Shown one piece after another: positions 50,158 through 63,710 of a DNA stretch of 64,000 nucleotides (position 1 is its first letter; each line of letters starts with the position of its first letter). Source of the DNA: Octopus sinensis (lineage: Eukaryota); NCBI RefSeq assembly GCF_006345805.1, contig NC_043005.1:30256001-30320000 (forward strand), in the 5' to 3' direction. Below the pieces are notes generated by a model that saw only the letters and a program-made list of their open reading frames with translations, was not told where the DNA came from and ran no database searches. The translations under genes were made by a program, and so were the position numbers.

Positions 50158-53045
50158 CCCACAACATAGACGAGTAGTTAGTAACTTTAAGATCAGGGCT
50201 AAGTGGATGCCCAGAAGACGACCAACATGGAGGAGAAGGGTCTGGAAGCTTAAAGAACCTGCAAATGGACAGAGATTTAGAGACATATTATTCAAAGCCT
50301 TTGACAAAATAGGAGATATAACTTCACACAGTGTAGAAGACAACTGGAGGTTTCTACGGGACAACCAGCTGAGAGCCACTCACCAGATCTGTGGCTGGTG
50401 CAAAGTCCCTTCTCGACCCAAAATAACGTGGTGGTGGAACAATGTTGTAGACAGGGCTATTAGAGAAAAGAAACAGGCTTAGAAGGACTGAAAGAACGGT
50501 GGTAGCAGAGAACTGTATCAGACTGCCAGAAGGGAAGCTAGGAGGCAGGTTTATTTAGCCAGAGGGGAAACAGATAAGAAAAAATTTGCCAATGTTCTGT
50601 GCTGTGAGGGCCAAAAACTTGAGGTATTTCGTGTTACAAGACAGTGTATGAGAGAGAATCATGATGTAGTAGGAGAGAAATGTGTTCGCATGGACGATGG
50701 CTCACTTGCACTAGACGAGGCTGCAAAGAGAGAGATTTGGAGACGCCACTATGAAAGGTCGCTGAATAAGGAAAATGAATGGGAGAGAGAGAGTCTGCCG
50801 AATGTCGACCCAACAGAGGGACCTGCTATCTAAGTTGACAATACCTTGGTAAATAAAGCAATTAAGAGTATTAAGGCAGGGAAAGCTCCTGGCCCATCAG
50901 GAATTACTGCAGAGATGCTCAAAATATCTGGCAGTGTCGGCTATAGCCTAGTCACCCGTGTAGTTAACCAGGTGATACATGAAGGAGTCATACACAAAGA
51001 CTGGTGTAGCAGCATAATAGTCAACTGCTACAAAGAAAAAGGTGACGCTTTAGATACAAATAATTACAGAGGTATCAAGTTGTTAGATCAGGTAATGAAG
51101 GTTATGGAAAGGGTCATAACCCAACTAATTAGGGAGAGAGTCAGTTTAGATGAGATGCAGTTTGGGTTCATGCCAGGGAAAAACACCACTGATGCTATAT
51201 TTCTGGTAAGACAGGTGCAGGAGAAATACCTAGCCAAAGATAAACCTCTGTACCTGGCTTTTGTTGACATGGAGAAAGCCTTTGACAGGGTCCCCCGATC
51301 CCTTATCTGGTGGTCAATGAGGTAAGTAGGGATAGATGAATGGTTAGTGAGAGCTGTGCAAGCCATGTACAGGGATGCTGTCAGTAAGGTGAGGGTTGGC
51401 AACGAGTAGAGGTAGGGTCTCCACCAAGGTTCAGTCCTTAGCCCCCTCCTATTTATCATAGTCCTCCAGGCAATAATGGAAGAATTCAAGACAGGATGCC
51501 CCTGGGAGCTCCTCTGTGCTGACGACCTTGCTCTAATTGCTGAGTCACTATCAGAACTAGAGAAGTTTCAGTTGTGGAAACAAGGATTAGAATCGAAGGT
51601 ACTTAGAGACAACCTAACTAAAACCACAGTCCTAATAAGTAGGAAGACAGGCAAACCACAAATCCCTTCAGGTAGATGGCCCTGCTCGATCTGTGGAAAA
51701 GGCGTAGGCAGAAACTCTATAAGATGTACCCAGTGTAAGCTATGGGCACATAAGAGGTGCATAATATCAAAGGAAGGCTAACTGGGTAGATAGTTTTTGT
51801 ATGTGGCAGATGCTCGGGAGCAATAAACACTGAAAATGTGTAGAGAACAACTTCCGTCATATTCCAGGGAGAAAAACTAGAAGTAGTTGATAGCTTCCGT
51901 TACCTAGGTGACCAAGTCAGTAGTCAGGAGGGTGCACTGAAAGTGTAGCTGCTAGAATAAGAATAGCCTGGGCAAAGTTCCAAGAGCTCTTACCTCTGCT
52001 GGTGACAAGGGGCCTCTCGCTCAGAGTAAAAGGTAGACTGTATGACGCATGTGTACGAACAGCCATGCTACATGGCAGTGAAACATGGGCTGTGACTGCT
52101 GAGAACATGCATGAGCTCACAAGAAATGAAGCCAGTATGATCCAATGGATGTGTAATGTCAGTGTGCATACTCAAAAGAGTGTAAATACCTTGAAAGAAA
52201 AGTTGGACCTAAGAAGCATCAGAGGTGGCGTGCAAGAGAGACGACTGCGCTGGTATGGTTATGTGGCAAGAATGGATGAGGATAGCTGTGTGAAAAAGTG
52301 CCACACCCTAGAGGTTGAAGGAACCTGTGGAAGAGGTATATCCAGGAAGACCTGGGATGAAGTGGTGAAGCACGACCTTCGAACATTAGGCCTTACCGAG
52401 GAAATGACTAGTGACCAGGACCTTTGGAAATATACTGTGCTCAAGAAGACTCAGCAAGCTCCAGTGAGACCATAACCTTGTGGCCTATACCAGGTGTGTA
52501 ACCAGCCCACTTATGCATACCTTTCCTTCATTAGCGTACTAAACTCTGCTTGCGAAGACCTGTTGAGGCAAGTGAAATCGAAATTGAAATCAAATTCGAT
52601 GACTGGCATTCGTGCTAGTGGAGCGCTAAGAGTACCATACGAGTGTGATCATTGCCAGAGCAACAAGCTGGCCTCCGTGCCGATGGCACGTAAAAAGCAC
52701 CATTCAAGTGTGATTGTTACCTACATCACCTTACTGGCACTTGTGCTGGTGGCACGTGAAAAAAAATTCAAGCGAGGTCGTTGCCAGTGCTACTGGACTG
52801 GCTCCTGTGCAGGTGGCACATAAAAATCCACTGCCAGTATCACTTAACTGGCCCTCGTGCCGGTGGCATGTAAAAGCACCCACTACACTCTCAGAGTGGT
52901 TGGTGTTAGGAAGGGCATCAAGCTGTAGAAACTCTGCCAGATCAGATTGGAGACTAGTGCAGCCATCTGATTTGCTAGACCTCTGTGAAATCGTCCAAAC
53001 CATGCTAGCATGGAAAGCAGATGTCAAACGATGATGATGATGATG
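50158..53045 (+). mobile_element. RTE LINE, 5'-truncated, RT region with multiple stops and frameshifts plus 3' UTR
   Basis: ORFs at 50207, 50648, 50846 (GKAPGPSG, NNYRGIKLL, MQFGFMPG, LAFVDMEKAFDRVP), 51476 (LLCADDLAL) and 52002 (RLRWYGYVARM, RKTWDEVV). (GAT)n tail at ~53030. Confidence 0.95.
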
Positions 53046-53078
<33 letters not shown>

Positions 53079-54847
53079 AAGAAAGAGAGAGGGAGGGAGA
53101 GAGAGTGTGAATGTGTGTGTGTGTGTGTGAGAGGGGAAAAGAGGAGAGAAGAAGGAGCGGTAGCTTCCAAAATTTAGTCCTGGGTCAAATACTGGGGAGC
53201 AGTACACACGGGTAAAGACCTGTAATGATGGTGCCCCAGCATTGTTGCAGTCCAAACAATGGCAACACACCCAAACAAGAAAAGACTACGCTGACATGGC
53301 TACAAATGCCAGGTGTTGTTTATGTGTTACCTGATCTTGTCACTTCATTAGAAACCAAATCATAATCTGTCGTCAATATCAAATCTAATTAAATCTGTAT
53401 TTCTTTTGAGTCAACACATCTAACAATGGAGGGACAGGTGTCACCAAATGAAACAGAAGCAGGGACAGGCCTTTAGTTTCTCTATTTTGGACAGCAGAGG
53501 AGGAAAGCTAATGACAGGAGTTTAAACTAAAAAGCAAATCTTATAGGATACTAAGTCAGGCAGTGTTCTACTGGCCCCTCTGTATCCCCTTGCCAGGTAG
53601 ATTTTAGTGAAGAATAATAACATGCAAACACAGATGCAAACACACAAACACACACACATGTACACACACATGCATGCACACACAAACACACACACACACA
53701 CATATGTATGTTTGCATCTATACATACACATATATAAATATATGTATCTCAATAGGGTTAAATGTGGTGTTTAAGAAGATATTAAGTATTAATTTTCATA
53801 TCAAGGCATGAAACAATGTGATCAATGTGTTGGGCTCATAATCACAAGTGTGGGTCTGTTTTCTGGCCTGGGTGACACTTTGTGTCCTCAAGCGCAACCC
53901 TTTGTTCCATGTTGCTTCAGACTATTCATCTAAAAATGAGTGCTTGGTACTCTTTCCCATCAGTGGTCACTTGCTAGCAAAGGCCTGGGAACAGGGGGTG
54001 CAGGGGATGCAAACGCACCCCGAAAAATTTTTAGCAGGTACAAAATCAAAATTTGTACCCCCTACATACTTTACCAGGTTTAGAAAATAGTGTATAAAAA
54101 TTGATCTGTAAAAAGTTGCTTGAAGTTAGGTTCCTTCTCAAAACAAGAACAAAAAAAATAATATAAAGTCCAAAATGTTAACTGGTGAAGCTGGTCATAA
54201 AATTCCCAAGGGAATTCTCTATATTACTGAACTAAAGCATCGTCAACATCAAAATTCAAAGTATATATAGATAGCAACAGCAGCAACAACAACAGTATGA
54301 CCAGCAGTATGGTCACTCTTCAAAACTAGCACAATTGATGACCTATTAAACTCTGCAATGAAAAGCCCTTCACTGTCCAGCTATCCACATTCTTCATTTT
54401 CTCTGAATACTACAACTGACCCATCATCATCATCATCATTATTGCCATAATATTCTACTGCTACAACCATAACCACAACTATTATCAAGCCTTTTTTCCC
54501 ATCGCTGTCCACCTCGATTTCAATGTATACCTCACAGCTCTCTGATAAATCTGCCAACTGTAAATAAAATAAAATCTGTAAATGCATGACACCCCAAAAT
54601 ATGTCAGTTTTCTCAATGCAAGGGGCTATACATATGCAGTAACTACAATTTCACTCATTTACCTGGGACAAAATATGCAATTCGTACAAGCAGCACCAGC
54701 CAATGCCAAAACACACATCTTACGCTGCTGCCACTGTAGCAACCACCACCCTCTTCCACCAAATTGCTACCTTCTGTGCAATTTTTTACTCAATTTGTTT
54801 GTTTCACTGTGTGTGTGTGTATGTATACATATATATATATATATGTG

Positions 54848-55147
54848 GAAGCGCAATGGCCCAGTGGTTAGGGCAGCGGACTCGCAGTTGTAGGATCGCG
54901 GTTTCGATTCCCAGACTGAGCATTGTAAGTGTTTATTGAGCGAAAACACCTAAAGCTCCACGAGGCTCCAGCAGGGGGTGGTGGCGACCCCTGCTGTACT
55001 CCTTCACCACAACTTTCTCTCACTCTTTCTTCTGTTGGCCTGCTCGCTTAGCCAGTGGGGTGGCGTCATTTGAAGGCTAAAACAATGCGAAGCGCATTGT
55101 GACCAGCGATGTGTAGCAACATCTGATAGCCTGGTCAGTCACGGTGA
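54848..55147 (+). mobile_element. tRNA-derived SINE, family C, CpG-rich (young)
   Basis: A-box-like tggcccagtgg, B-box-like ggtttcgattccc, ~300 bp, flanked by (TA)n. Confidence 0.75.
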
Positions 55148-55180
55148 TATATATATATATACATATATACTGCCTTCCAG

Positions 55181-55241
<61 letters not shown>

Positions 55242-55945
55242 CATATATACTGCCTTACATTTCTTCCTCTGTCCATCTCTGCCAACTACCTACTGTCTAT
55301 CTTTATTCCCTTTTTTCTCCACACTACCTCCTTCAATGCCCTCACATATCTACTGCAACCCCTTCCACTCCCATGCCTCTCCTATATTTCTCTCCATCAT
55401 TTGCTACAGTCCCCTCTATCCTGCCCACTCACCCAGCCCAAAACCTCTGTATCACTTCACCTATTCATACCACCCCCAAAATCACTTGATAGCATGTCCC
55501 CACTCATCTTCACCATCATCTCTCCCACTACCACTCTTCTTATCTTACTCTCTCACTATCACTTTCCTTTCCAACTAGGGTATTCTTGCATCTACAGCAA
55601 GACTCCCATCTCTGTCCCTCTATACCTTTAATCTCTCAACTGGCACAAAGCCCCCAAAATGCTACTGCCCCCATCTGCCCAGCTGAGGGTTTTTTGCATT
55701 TCTTGTCTTTCGTCTCGTGTAAGGTACTTGGTGACCCTGCTGATGATGGTGCCACATGACAAGCACTGGTGCCAGTACCATGTAAAAAGCACGCAGTAAA
55801 CCTTGTAAAGGGGTTGGCATTAGGAAGAGCATCTAATCATTGAAACCATTCCAAAACAGACAATGAAGCCTGGTACAGTGCCTGACCTTACCAGCTGCTG
55901 TCAAGTTATCCGAACCATGTCAACATGGAAAACAGACATTAAATT

Positions 55946-55985
<40 letters not shown>

Positions 55986-56171
55986 CGACGATGAGGATGA
56001 TGATAATGATGATGTTATACATACATGCATGCATACATACATACATCCATACATACATACATGCATGCATACACACACACATACATACATACACGCATGC
56101 ACACACACACACACATCCACACATACATACATACATACATACATACATACATACATACATACATACATACA

Positions 56172-56203
<32 letters not shown>

Positions 56204-56559
56204 CATGTCTAACATTATTTAACAATGTTATTAGCTTTAAGAAATATTTGTTTATCATCTACCTGTAAAGGAAACGTTGACCTGACAGAGATTAAAGAAA
56301 CATTGACAATTTTGGCAGTTAGTCAGTCACATTATAAATACCTGCTGATAAAACAATAGCCTTTGTGTTAGTGGCAGATTTAAGACAAAACAAAACATTG
56401 CAACCAAAAATATGAGTTTTACATCCTATTGGTAATTCTCGTCACTGAACTACAATCAAACCTCAAATTCATACGACTGCTCTTTTCAAAAGCAGAATAT
56501 TCTTTGAACATTTTTGATTAATGGTGAACTTTGTAGTATTCAGAGCCATGGCTTGAAAG

Positions 56560-57300
56560 CAATGAATGCATTGTTATAACATTAAATGTGGTTGCCTAAA
56601 AATAAGAACATGATAATAGAACAGCTGTGTGATATTTTAGTCCAACACTAATTGACAAAAATAGCAAGATCATGGAGAATACCAGAACAGCTGAGAACTT
56701 GCTACTGTAGAGGAATTGTCAAATGGCCAGAACTTGAAGAATTATTATAGACATGTGGAAGGCCAAAGATGTTTGGGTTATTTCAGCATCTAGCAAAATG
56801 GCAATTTACCGTTGAAGACTAAAATCAGCAAAGAGTGACTGGGATAATTTATTTTAGAGGACTGACATAATGGTGTGACAGATCTGTGAGTAGAAATAGG
56901 TTCTCTGTGAAAATTAGAATGAGAAAAACACAACAATTGTCCATGAAACGAACTTGTTAAGTTTTACTGTGTGATTAATACTAAAAAATGCAATAATTTA
57001 GAACTTTTGAAGATAGCAGACATGGGTTCAGTCTTGCACATATTTGAAAAAGCATCAAACAAGATGATAGAATAAAAAGTTGTTAAATTTGCAATAAAGT
57101 ATCTCACCATAACGAGACACTCCACTCTTTTTTTCTATATACTGCACAAGACAGTCATATAATATTTTTTTTAAAGAGAGTCATTATCTAAAGAAAGAAT
57201 ATCCACTGGAGTTTAGATGTAAGACAGAGGAATTAAACAACAAGTAAACTGGGGTTCAGATGTTAATGTTGGGATATTAAAGAAACTGACCTTATTAGTT
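56560..57300 (+). pseudogene. Highly degraded pogo/Tigger-like transposase remnant
   Basis: Fragmentary peptides KWPELEELL and FRGLT*WCDR..RNRFS resemble the CENP-B-type HTH region. Confidence 0.45.
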
Positions 57301-57720
57301 TGGGGATAATAGTATTGACTTTGTTGAGGGTAAAGTTTGATGGTTGAGGACTCAGTGATAATTCCAGATCTTACTGATGACAGACAACTTTAAGAAGACT
57401 CAATCAATAATCCATTTAAAGGATTCAGCAGAGAGGAATGGAACACATTTCAGATTTTGAAGTAACCCTAGCAGGACTGAGCAAGAATGGAGAAGGAAAA
57501 AGGAAGGAGAAAGTGCTCCTTTATTACACAGATGTGTGAAGAAAGCAATTTTGGAAGGTGTAAATGAAGAGGTTGTATGAAAATCATTAACAAAATATGG
57601 TTCTTGTAATGTTCCTGGTGACAATGAATGATGATCCAAATTGTATTGCAGAGAAGTGAAGTGATAAAGAGCATGTGTATGTGTGTGTGTGTAGTGAGAC
57701 CTAGGATTTGAACTCCGTTC

Positions 57721-57895
57721 TTTAAAAATAGAAATAATATATTTCTAAATCTCTCAGAGAGATTTATACAGTAGCAGCACAATAAAGTGATAGTATGTTG
57801 TCAACTTAATGTGACAGTCCCATGAAAGGGAAGACTGCTATTGCTATTTAACCCTGGGAAACACCGTTTCCTGTTGGACTTGACACATTTCCTAT
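57721..57895. repeat. Partial copy of the 38680-39105 element (arm plus flank)
   Basis: aaagtgatagtatgttgtcaactta...ggacttgacacatttcct is shared with 38681-38790, and the left part is the reverse complement of ~39106-39160. Confidence 0.85.
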
Positions 57896-58308
57896 GTTCA
57901 TTCTTTAAGTTATGAAGTTAGTGCTATAAATGGATTGCACAATTATCACATGTATGTTGTATTCGATTGCAACATATTTTCCCTTTATTAACTGGGAATA
58001 AGGACATTATCACATCATTTTCACTTTGTTCATGCTTTGCTCGTATAATTGCATTCTGTTAGAATTTGAATAGAAATTTCTCTGCTGTTTCAGAGTTTCA
58101 TTTGTTGTTTGTAACTTTCTCACTGGAAAGAGACCCTATACTGGGTACTAGGATTTGAACTCCCGTTCTTTCAGTTATCAGGCCAGTGCCATGAATGGAC
58201 CATGCAATTATCATGAGTACACTTTATCAATCGACTGAATGGCAGCAGATTACGCCATAAGGTCTGATCAAAAGTGAACGTCCTCGAGATCTTCACACTT
58301 CTCTCTAG

Positions 58309-58493
58309 TTACAAGCAGTTTAGTGCCAAGAATCTTATCAGAGGTTGAGAGCAATCAAGGAACACACAGTTCACCTTTTGCCACAAACAATCCTGGCCAG
58401 AGTAGAGACTTAGCAAGACTTGGCAGACATATATCTTCTTGTCTTCATACCAAGAAAAGAGTAAAAACAGTTAAAGTTGTTCCTGTCTCAAGA
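58309..58493 (+). CDS. Candidate coding exon (TSSLVPRILSEVESNQG...VKVVPVSR), unidentified
   Basis: Acceptor cttcacacttctctctAG at 58307-58308, 61 open codons, donor AGA|GTAAGC at 58494. Confidence 0.35.
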
Positions 58494-58830
58494 GTAAGCC
58501 ATTAAGGACTGTACAATGTAGTCACTATGAAAGTTGATCCCTCTAGGCTAAGTCTATAGTGAGTATCTGAAAATCTCTGTGTAAATACAGCAGAACCTTT
58601 CCATAGATAAATGGATTAGACAATGTTTCTTAGTTTTGTTCCCATTTTCAATACACACACCTCAACCTAATTTATAATAATCGTACATCAAAAGCATGGC
58701 AACACTGGTCAATAGCAACACTTCGGGAGACATGTATGTATGTATGTATGTATGTATGTATGTATGTATGTATGTATCTATGTATGTATGTATGTATGTA
58801 AATATGTGTCTGTCTATCTATTAATCTCTC

Positions 58831-58961
<131 letters not shown>

Positions 58962-59014
58962 CGCTGTGCTTGAGGAAACCTATTGAGTCAAGTACATGAA
59001 CATCGAAATAAATA

Positions 59015-60304
59015 CGAGGGACGTTCAATAAGTAATGCCTCTGACCCACTTGCAGTTGTTTGATCTAGCTGAAATTTTGCATGTGCTATCATTTATATCT
59101 CTATAGAGTAAGTAGCAAATTACAGCTCTGAATTAATTGTGGTTTCTGATTTACAGGTGTTTGAACCGAGTCAAGTGTGAAATGGAGCCTGTTGAGTGTC
59201 GAGCAGTGATCCGGTTTTTGTATTTGAAAGGACTCACACCACGGGAGACTTTTGATGAAATGAAAGTAACTTATGGTGATGATGCCCCATCATATGACCT
59301 TGTAAAACGCTGGCATCGTGAATTCAAACATGGTCGGAACTCTGTGGAAACAGCTCCCAGATCTGGTCGCCCCTTCTGCCATTGATGAGGCATCTGTCCG
59401 TCAAGTTGAGGCTGCCATTTTGGAAGATCGACGCATAATTATTCGCCAAATAGCCCATGAGGTCAAGATTAGTACCGGGTCTGTGAAAACTATCATTCAT
59501 GACCATTTGCATATGCAAAAGGTGTCTGCCAGATGGATTTCCAGGTTGCTCACGCCTTTCCAGAAGCAAGAACGCGTTGAGTGCTCGAGGGTGAATTTGG
59601 AGATGTGCCAAGAAGATGAGTCAAAATTTTTCAAAAGACTGATTACACAGGATGAAACCTGGGTCCATCACGATGATCCAGAGACCAAAGCCCAGTCAAT
59701 GCAGTGGAAGCACTGTGACTCACCCCATCCAAAGAAGGCAAGGGTGCAGCCCTCCGCTGGCAAGGTCATGCTCACAGTCTTCTGGGACCAGGACGGAGTA
59801 GTGATGACAGATTTCTTGTCAAAGGGTACCACAATTGCAGGAGCCTATTATGCTTCACTTTTGAGGAAATTAAGAGAAGTTATCAAAATCAAGAGGCGGG
59901 GCAAGATCAGCAAAGGCATCCTCCTCCTGCAGGACAACGCTCCGGTCCACAACTCGCTTGTCGCCAGATCAGAAGCACAGGCGTATGGCTATGAACTCCT
60001 CCCCCATCCCCCTACTTTCCTGACCTTGCACCCTCTGATTTTCACCTCTTCCCAGTCATGAAGTTGTTTTTGAAAGGAAAGCGTTTCCCAGATGATGCAG
60101 CCTTGATTTCTGAAGTCACATTGAGGTTGGAGGACCAAGCTGGGGTCTTCTACAAAAACGGTCTCCAGAGCTGCATCAAACAATGGGAGAAATGCATAAC
60201 TCTGGGTGGTTCCTATGTAGAAAAAGACTAATAACTGTGCCAAGTTTCGTTGCTCTACTGCTATGGGAAGTGGGTCAGAGGCATTACTTATTGAACGCCC
60301 CTCG
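59015..60304 (+). mobile_element. Full-length mariner (DD34D) transposon, 1290 bp
   Basis: 33-bp TIRs (cgagggRcgttcaataagtaatgcctctgaccc, 1 mismatch) with TA duplications at 59013-14 and 60305-06. Confidence 0.97.
59182..60231 (+). pseudogene. Mariner transposase with two single-base frameshifts
   Basis: MEPVECRAVIRFL...RSGRP (shift ~59370) ...TQDETWVHH...LQDNAPVH...PHPP (shift ~60010) YFPDLAPSDFHLF...YVEKD*. D34D spacing is recovered if one base is restored. Confidence 0.93.
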
Positions 60305-60700
60305 TATCAATGGAAATAGCAGTTGTGATACCTGTGTCGGTGGGACATAAAAAGCACCATCTGAACGTGGCTGATGACAGTGCCGCCTCAACTGGCTTCT
60401 GTGCCGGTGGCATATAAAAAGCACCATCCGAACGTGGCCGATGCCAGTGCTGCCTTGACTGGCTTCCGTTAAAAGCACCAACCGATCATGGCTGATGCCA
60501 GACTCCCCTGACACCTGTGCCGGTGGCATGTAAAAAGCACCCACTACACTCGCGGAGTGGTTGGCGTTAGGAAGGGCATCCAGCTGTAGAAACGCTGCCA
60601 GATCAGACTGGAGCCTGGTGCAACCCCTGGCTTCCCAGACCCTGGTCGAACCGTCCAACCCGTGCTAGCACGGAAAACGGATGTTAAACGATGATGATGA
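60305..60700 (+). mobile_element. RTE 3' UTR segment interrupted by the mariner
   Basis: Continues the sequence at 58963-59014 and matches the uninterrupted copy at ~12310-12690. Confidence 0.85.
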
Positions 60701-60741
60701 TATGTATGTATATATGTAATATTTACACAACTATTTTTTCA

Positions 60742-60939
60742 TTCTTTTATTTGTTTCATTCATTTGACTTCAGCTATGCTGGAGCACCACCTTTTAGTCA
60801 AGCAAATCGACCCCAGGACTTATTCTTTGTAAGCCTAGTACTTATTCTATTGGTCTCTTTTGTGGAACCACCAGCATCGGTTGTCAAGCGATGTTGGGGG
60901 GACAAATACAGACACACAAACACACACACACACTCACAC

Positions 60940-60984
<45 letters not shown>

Positions 60985-61165
60985 CACACACACACAAATA
61001 TATGACAGGCTTCTTTCAGTTTCCATCTACCAAATTCACTCACAAGGCTTTGGTCAGCCTGAGGCTATAGTAGAAGACACTTGCCCAAGGTGCCACGCAG
61101 TGGGACTGAACCTGGAACCATGTGGTTGGTAAGGAAGCTACTTACCACACAGCCACTCCTGTACC
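60742..61165 (-). mobile_element. SINE family A
   Basis: Reverse complement of the 13648 element. Confidence 0.82.
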
Positions 61166-63249
61166 TATAATGATGATCCCCCTAAAAACCATTTTAAAAT
61201 CATTTCCGCTGCATCTATGTTGAAACAGTGATATCATTTTTCTCGCAAACTAATAATAATGATAATAATCCTTTTCTATTTTAGGCTCAAGGCCTAAATT
61301 TTGAGGGAGGGGGCAAATTGATTACGTTAACCCCAGTGCACAACTGGTTCTTATTGCATTGCCCTCTCCCCCCACCAAATGATGAAAGACAAAGTCAACT
61401 TCAGTGGAATCATCACCATCATCATCATCGTTTAACGTCTATTTCTATGCTAGCATGGCTTGGACGGTTTGACTGATATCTGGCAAACCAGGAGGTCGCA
61501 CCAGACTCCCATCTGATGTGGCAAGATTGCTACAGCTGGATGCCCTTCCTAATGCCAACCACTCTGAGAGTGCAGTGGGTGCCTTTTACATGCCACTGGC
61601 GTGGGGGCCAGTCAGGCGGGCCTGGCATCTATCAATAGAAATAATAATCCTCTCTACTAAAGGCACAAGGGCTGAAGTTGTGAGGAAGGGGACGAAGCAA
61701 TTACATCGACCCCAGTGTTCAGCTGGTACTTATCTTATCAACCCCGAAAGGATGAAAAGCAAAGTCAGTATTGGTAGAATTTGAACTCAGAATGTAAAGA
61801 ACCAAAACAAATGCCTTAAGACCATTTTCTGATGCTCAAACAATTCTGCCAGCACAATGGAAACCAATCATTATAATAACCTTGTAAAAATGAAAGTGCA
61901 CCTTACAAAGAACTGTACATCATGCAAAGCTGCACATTATGCAGATATGTACCTCATGTCAAGATGCACCTAATATGTCTGCAAATTTAGTGCATTTATA
62001 TTGGTAACTAATTGTATAATAAACAACCGTCTCTGATAGTTTAGTATTCATGAAGCTTTATCAACATCCACAGTAATTACACTAAATTACATAATTGTGG
62101 TTTGGTAAATAATCCTGAAAGGCTCTTCAGGTGCGCCTCAGGTGTGCCATAGGTGTGACTCAAATGCATTTTATCCAGTTGAACACAAAACACAGTCGAT
62201 CTGATATACATGTAAATACTTGTAAATGCATATCAGTACAGGCGAACGCATATTGCTATGCCTGCTTAAGCAAGTGTGTATGTAAATATACACTTCTACA
62301 TATGGATTATTACATTGTAAAATGGCGATTATGCTGTGTCAGTCCTTATCGGACATTCTTATATTTCCGGTTGAAGTCTTTTGCCTGTTGGTTCAGCTAT
62401 AATCTATAGATTAGTTTAATCAATAGATTGGTTAATTAGTGTTGCCATTGGGAATTATAAGTGGATGACAGATGCGTCTCAGTGGGGGCCAAACCCTAAC
62501 CCTTATCTCTATCACAGTTACTACAAGATTCAGTTCTAGCTCCAATATTGATTTTCTTATCTCTAGGACTCTACTTGAGTAAACTCATTTCAGATTATTT
62601 CTAGTACTAATTGGTCATGGGCAGATCATCCTCCCCCTCATCATCATCATCCCCCTCATCATCATCGTCATCATCATCATCATTGTCATCATCATTGCTA
62701 TTACTTAGTGTCTGTATTCTATGCTGGCATGGGTCAGATGGTTTGACAGCATCCAGCATGTCAGAGGAGAACATCAAGCTCCAATGTCTGTTTCCGCATG
62801 GCTTTTTTCTTTTCGGTTGGATGCCCTTTCTATTGCCAACCAACTTACTGAATATTCTTGGTGTTTTATTTCATTGCACTAGCTCTAGTGAGGTCAACAA
62901 GTAGCTTCCATGACAAGACTCTTTGATTGAGTGAGGCATAGAAGGCCCTGAGAAGCGAGAGGAATAGGAGAGCAAGGAATAGGAACAGGTGTCATGCTCT
63001 ATTAAAGGGGAGAGATGGCTGCTCCGGCTGGAAAAGAAGCAAAGAAGATGGTGTCGATGAGGTGTCAGGGTATACACCTCAAGGCACAAGAGGGTAAATG
63101 TGAGGGTAATGGAAACAGAGGATGTTGACTTTCAAGACATTTTAGCAATGGACACATAGTGAAGATCTTCACATATATAGCCACAAATGAGTAAACTGAA
63201 ATCTAAGTATATAATATCATCATCATCATCATCAGCATCATCATCGTCA

Positions 63250-63710
63250 TTGTCGTTTAACATCCACTTTCCATGCTGGCATGGGTTGGATGATTTAACT
63301 GGGGTCTGGCAAGCCAGTAGGCTGCACCAGGCTCCAGTCTGATGTGGCAAAGTTTCTACAGCTGGATGCCCTTCCTAACACCAACCACTCCGAGAGTGTA
63401 GTGGGTGCTTTTTACATGCTACCAGTACAGGGACCAGTCCGCTGGCACTGGCAACGACCAAACTCAAATGGTGCTTTTTGCATTCCACTGGCACGGAAGT
63501 CAGTCAGGCAGCACTGGCAACGATCATGCTTGAATGGTGCTTGTTATGTGCCACTGGCACAGGACCAGTCAGCCGCCACTGGCATCGACCATGCTCAAAT
63601 GGTGCTTTTTACATGCCACTGGCATGGGGACCAGTCAGGTGGCACTGGCAATGATCACACTTGAGTGGTGCTTTTTACATGCCACCACTGCGGTATCAAT
63701 CAGGTGGTAC
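63250..63710 (-). mobile_element. RTE 3' UTR fragment with expanded internal units
   Basis: Reverse complement of the aggaagggcatccagctgtagaaac...(GAT)n tail, plus several ggtgctttttacatgccactggc units. Confidence 0.8.
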
